Below, piece after piece: positions 62,111-64,000 of a stretch of 64,000 nt of DNA. The number at the start of each line of letters is the position of its first letter. The first letter of the stretch is position 1. Under the pieces are notes generated by a model that saw nothing but the letters and a program-made list of their open reading frames with translations, did no database searches and had not been told where the DNA came from. This DNA comes from Azolla caroliniana (Eukaryota > Plantae > Polypodiophyta), in the NCBI GenBank assembly GCA_043228905.1, contig JBHGNT010000003.1, positions 1,674,001 through 1,738,000 of the forward strand, in the 5' to 3' direction. Made by a program: the position numbers and the translations under genes.

Positions 62111-63481
62111 TTCGATAAGTCTTAGCTAATGTTGTTCCAAATGTGCTCCTTGCTCAATATCCAAGCAATCATTTACAAGTCATAAATTTTATTTTTTCCA
62201 TTTATAATCTACTCTTTAAAATTAGTTGTATATACGCTGTTAATTTCCCTTTTCAACAAGATGATATGTGTGAATGAATGGTTGGGCATTTTAGAGTTTG
62301 TGAGTCTTCAAAGCTACTAACCTAGAATTTTTAGTGGTCTCAAAATTGTAATTTTGTTTCAAGTATTGTTTTTTGCACTTGTGATTTATATGTTGTGTAT
62401 TTTAACATTGTCCACATGGGTTGTTCCAACCATTACCAATTTACAATGGTCCAATATAGAAGTTCATTTCTTTGAATTCTTTTATACATCTTCCAAGTGT
62501 TTTGATCTCATTTTCATAGTGGCAAATCATTTTCCTCATAGTGTTTTCGATCCATAAGCATGTATCAACAACCATTTTCCATGAGTTATGATCTCAATGC
62601 AAAGTGATCCCATCTCAAGACATAGGGAAGTGTATGACAACAATTTTTTCTTAACGTGGAGCACATTTGTAACAAAATGATTTGGGTCCACTTTTAGACT
62701 TTTTTCAACTGGACTTAGGGTTGCAACTGCCCCATACTTCCACCCCAAAGAGAAGCTTCAATGTCACCCAAAGTGTCGAAAGTGTATTTCTTGACGACCC
62801 ATCATTGAATTTCCTCACCATTGGACGTGTTCTCAAAAGCCCAATATCCTCTCTTTCCAGAGGACTACTGCTTAGTGATCGAAGGGAGAGAAGAAACCCA
62901 TTTGATTTCTCACTAGCGGCCTAATGATTGCATAACTCAGAGGTTCCAACTGCTACAGTATAGAGGGACTTGAAACCCCACACGACCTCTAAGCCATGGG
63001 CGATGCATTCATTCGATCTACGATTCGAGGGAACTTCCAGGCCAAGGCCAAGTTGTTTAAGGATTTCTGGAGTTTCAAGTGGCTCATTACCACGGTCATT
63101 TGGGTCTACAAAGATCTACGGGGTTCCTGCGAGAAGCATCATAATCTTTATTTTTAGAGCTATTGACACTAAGCTTACAAGAGACAAAGAGAGAGGGGCA
63201 TATTTTGGAATTAAGAAAAACCCAGGGGTAGTGTCTTCACAATTCCTATAAACACTCTGTTTTGGAGGAAGAACAGAGACACAGATAACAGAGAGAAAGA
63301 GAAAGAGAAAGAGAGTAGATCTTTCTCTGTCTTTCGTTCTAAGCAGAGTGTAGGGCTAAAGAGTAAATAAGAAGAATTTACACAGAGTTTTGGAAGAGCA
63401 GAGAAACAGAGCAAAGGAACACACACACACACACACATACACACAGATAAAGAAACCCACAGAGAGACAGTGAAAGAAACC

Positions 63482-63512
63482 ATGTCTTGGTGTACTATAG
63501 AGTCTGACCCAG
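63482..63512 (+). CDS. UCH2: First coding exon of a UCH37/UCHL5-type ubiquitin C-terminal hydrolase (peptidase C12); gene continues beyond the window
   Basis: MSWCTIESDP-G|GT matches the recalled plant UCH1/2 N-terminus MSWCTIESDPGVFTELI; donor site, then an intron with (CT)n and telo-boxes. Confidence 0.8.
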
Positions 63513-64000
63513 GTACTCATCTTATTCCTCCCCCCCATCTCTCTCTCTCTCTCTCTCTCCATCTCTTTTTGTTTACTTTTTGGTTTTGTTTCTGTGCATC
63601 CCTTCAAACCCTAAACCCTAAAATAAGAACAAAAGTTGTGCATATGAATCAACTCTTGCTTTTACATTTTTTGTGTAGAAGAAGATAATGTTAATTTCTG
63701 TTTATCTCTGTAATTAGAAGAAAAGAAGGGAGGAAAATGTCATTTTGTGTGTTGTTGAAGGCTCATTCATAGTACAATTTTTACTGTTTATTATTCTGCT
63801 ACTTCATTTCTTTCCAGGTTGAATTAAATCCAAATTTTGTAATTTATCAGTGACGCCATGCTATGTTGATCTATAAAATTGCTTGTATTACTAATATCAA
63901 TGACCTAAATACTTTTCAGAGAAATGAGTTTCGAATTGGTTAGGTCTCAAATCTTAATACTTGATTATGGGCTGTAATAACAATTCCCTTGATAAATTAA

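Overview
Repeat-rich land-plant nuclear DNA (TTTAGGG telomere repeats; a fern or other non-seed plant is inferred). The first ~39 kb is a nest of retroelements: a LINE was split by a Gypsy element (7270-28757, TSD TCGT), which was split by a young Copia element (12155-25680, TSD TAAAG), whose 5' LTR carries an 8.1-kb insert (16985-25102) flanked by a 42-bp duplication. That insert is the main finding. It holds two diverged, endonuclease-less Penelope-like retroelements (PLEs) head-to-head, each capped with telomeric repeats at its 5'-truncated end. Each has a Pro/His/Asn-rich ORF1 linked to an RT ORF by an A_AAA_AAC -1 frameshift site plus stem-loop, a 3' hammerhead ribozyme, and an identically spaced 3'-terminal motif plus hairpin. 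The geometry fits both ends of a staggered break being extended by PLE RT, given telomeric repeats and re-joined. The window also has a second Gypsy of the same family (1-5247), a chromovirus with a self-priming signature (32783-38519) and a truncated relative, a Copia solo LTR, LINE relics, an intact 3-exon TIR1/AFB gene (47107-42513, minus), a PPR relic and exon 1 of a UCH37-type deubiquitinase. All comparisons were made by eye, without database searches.
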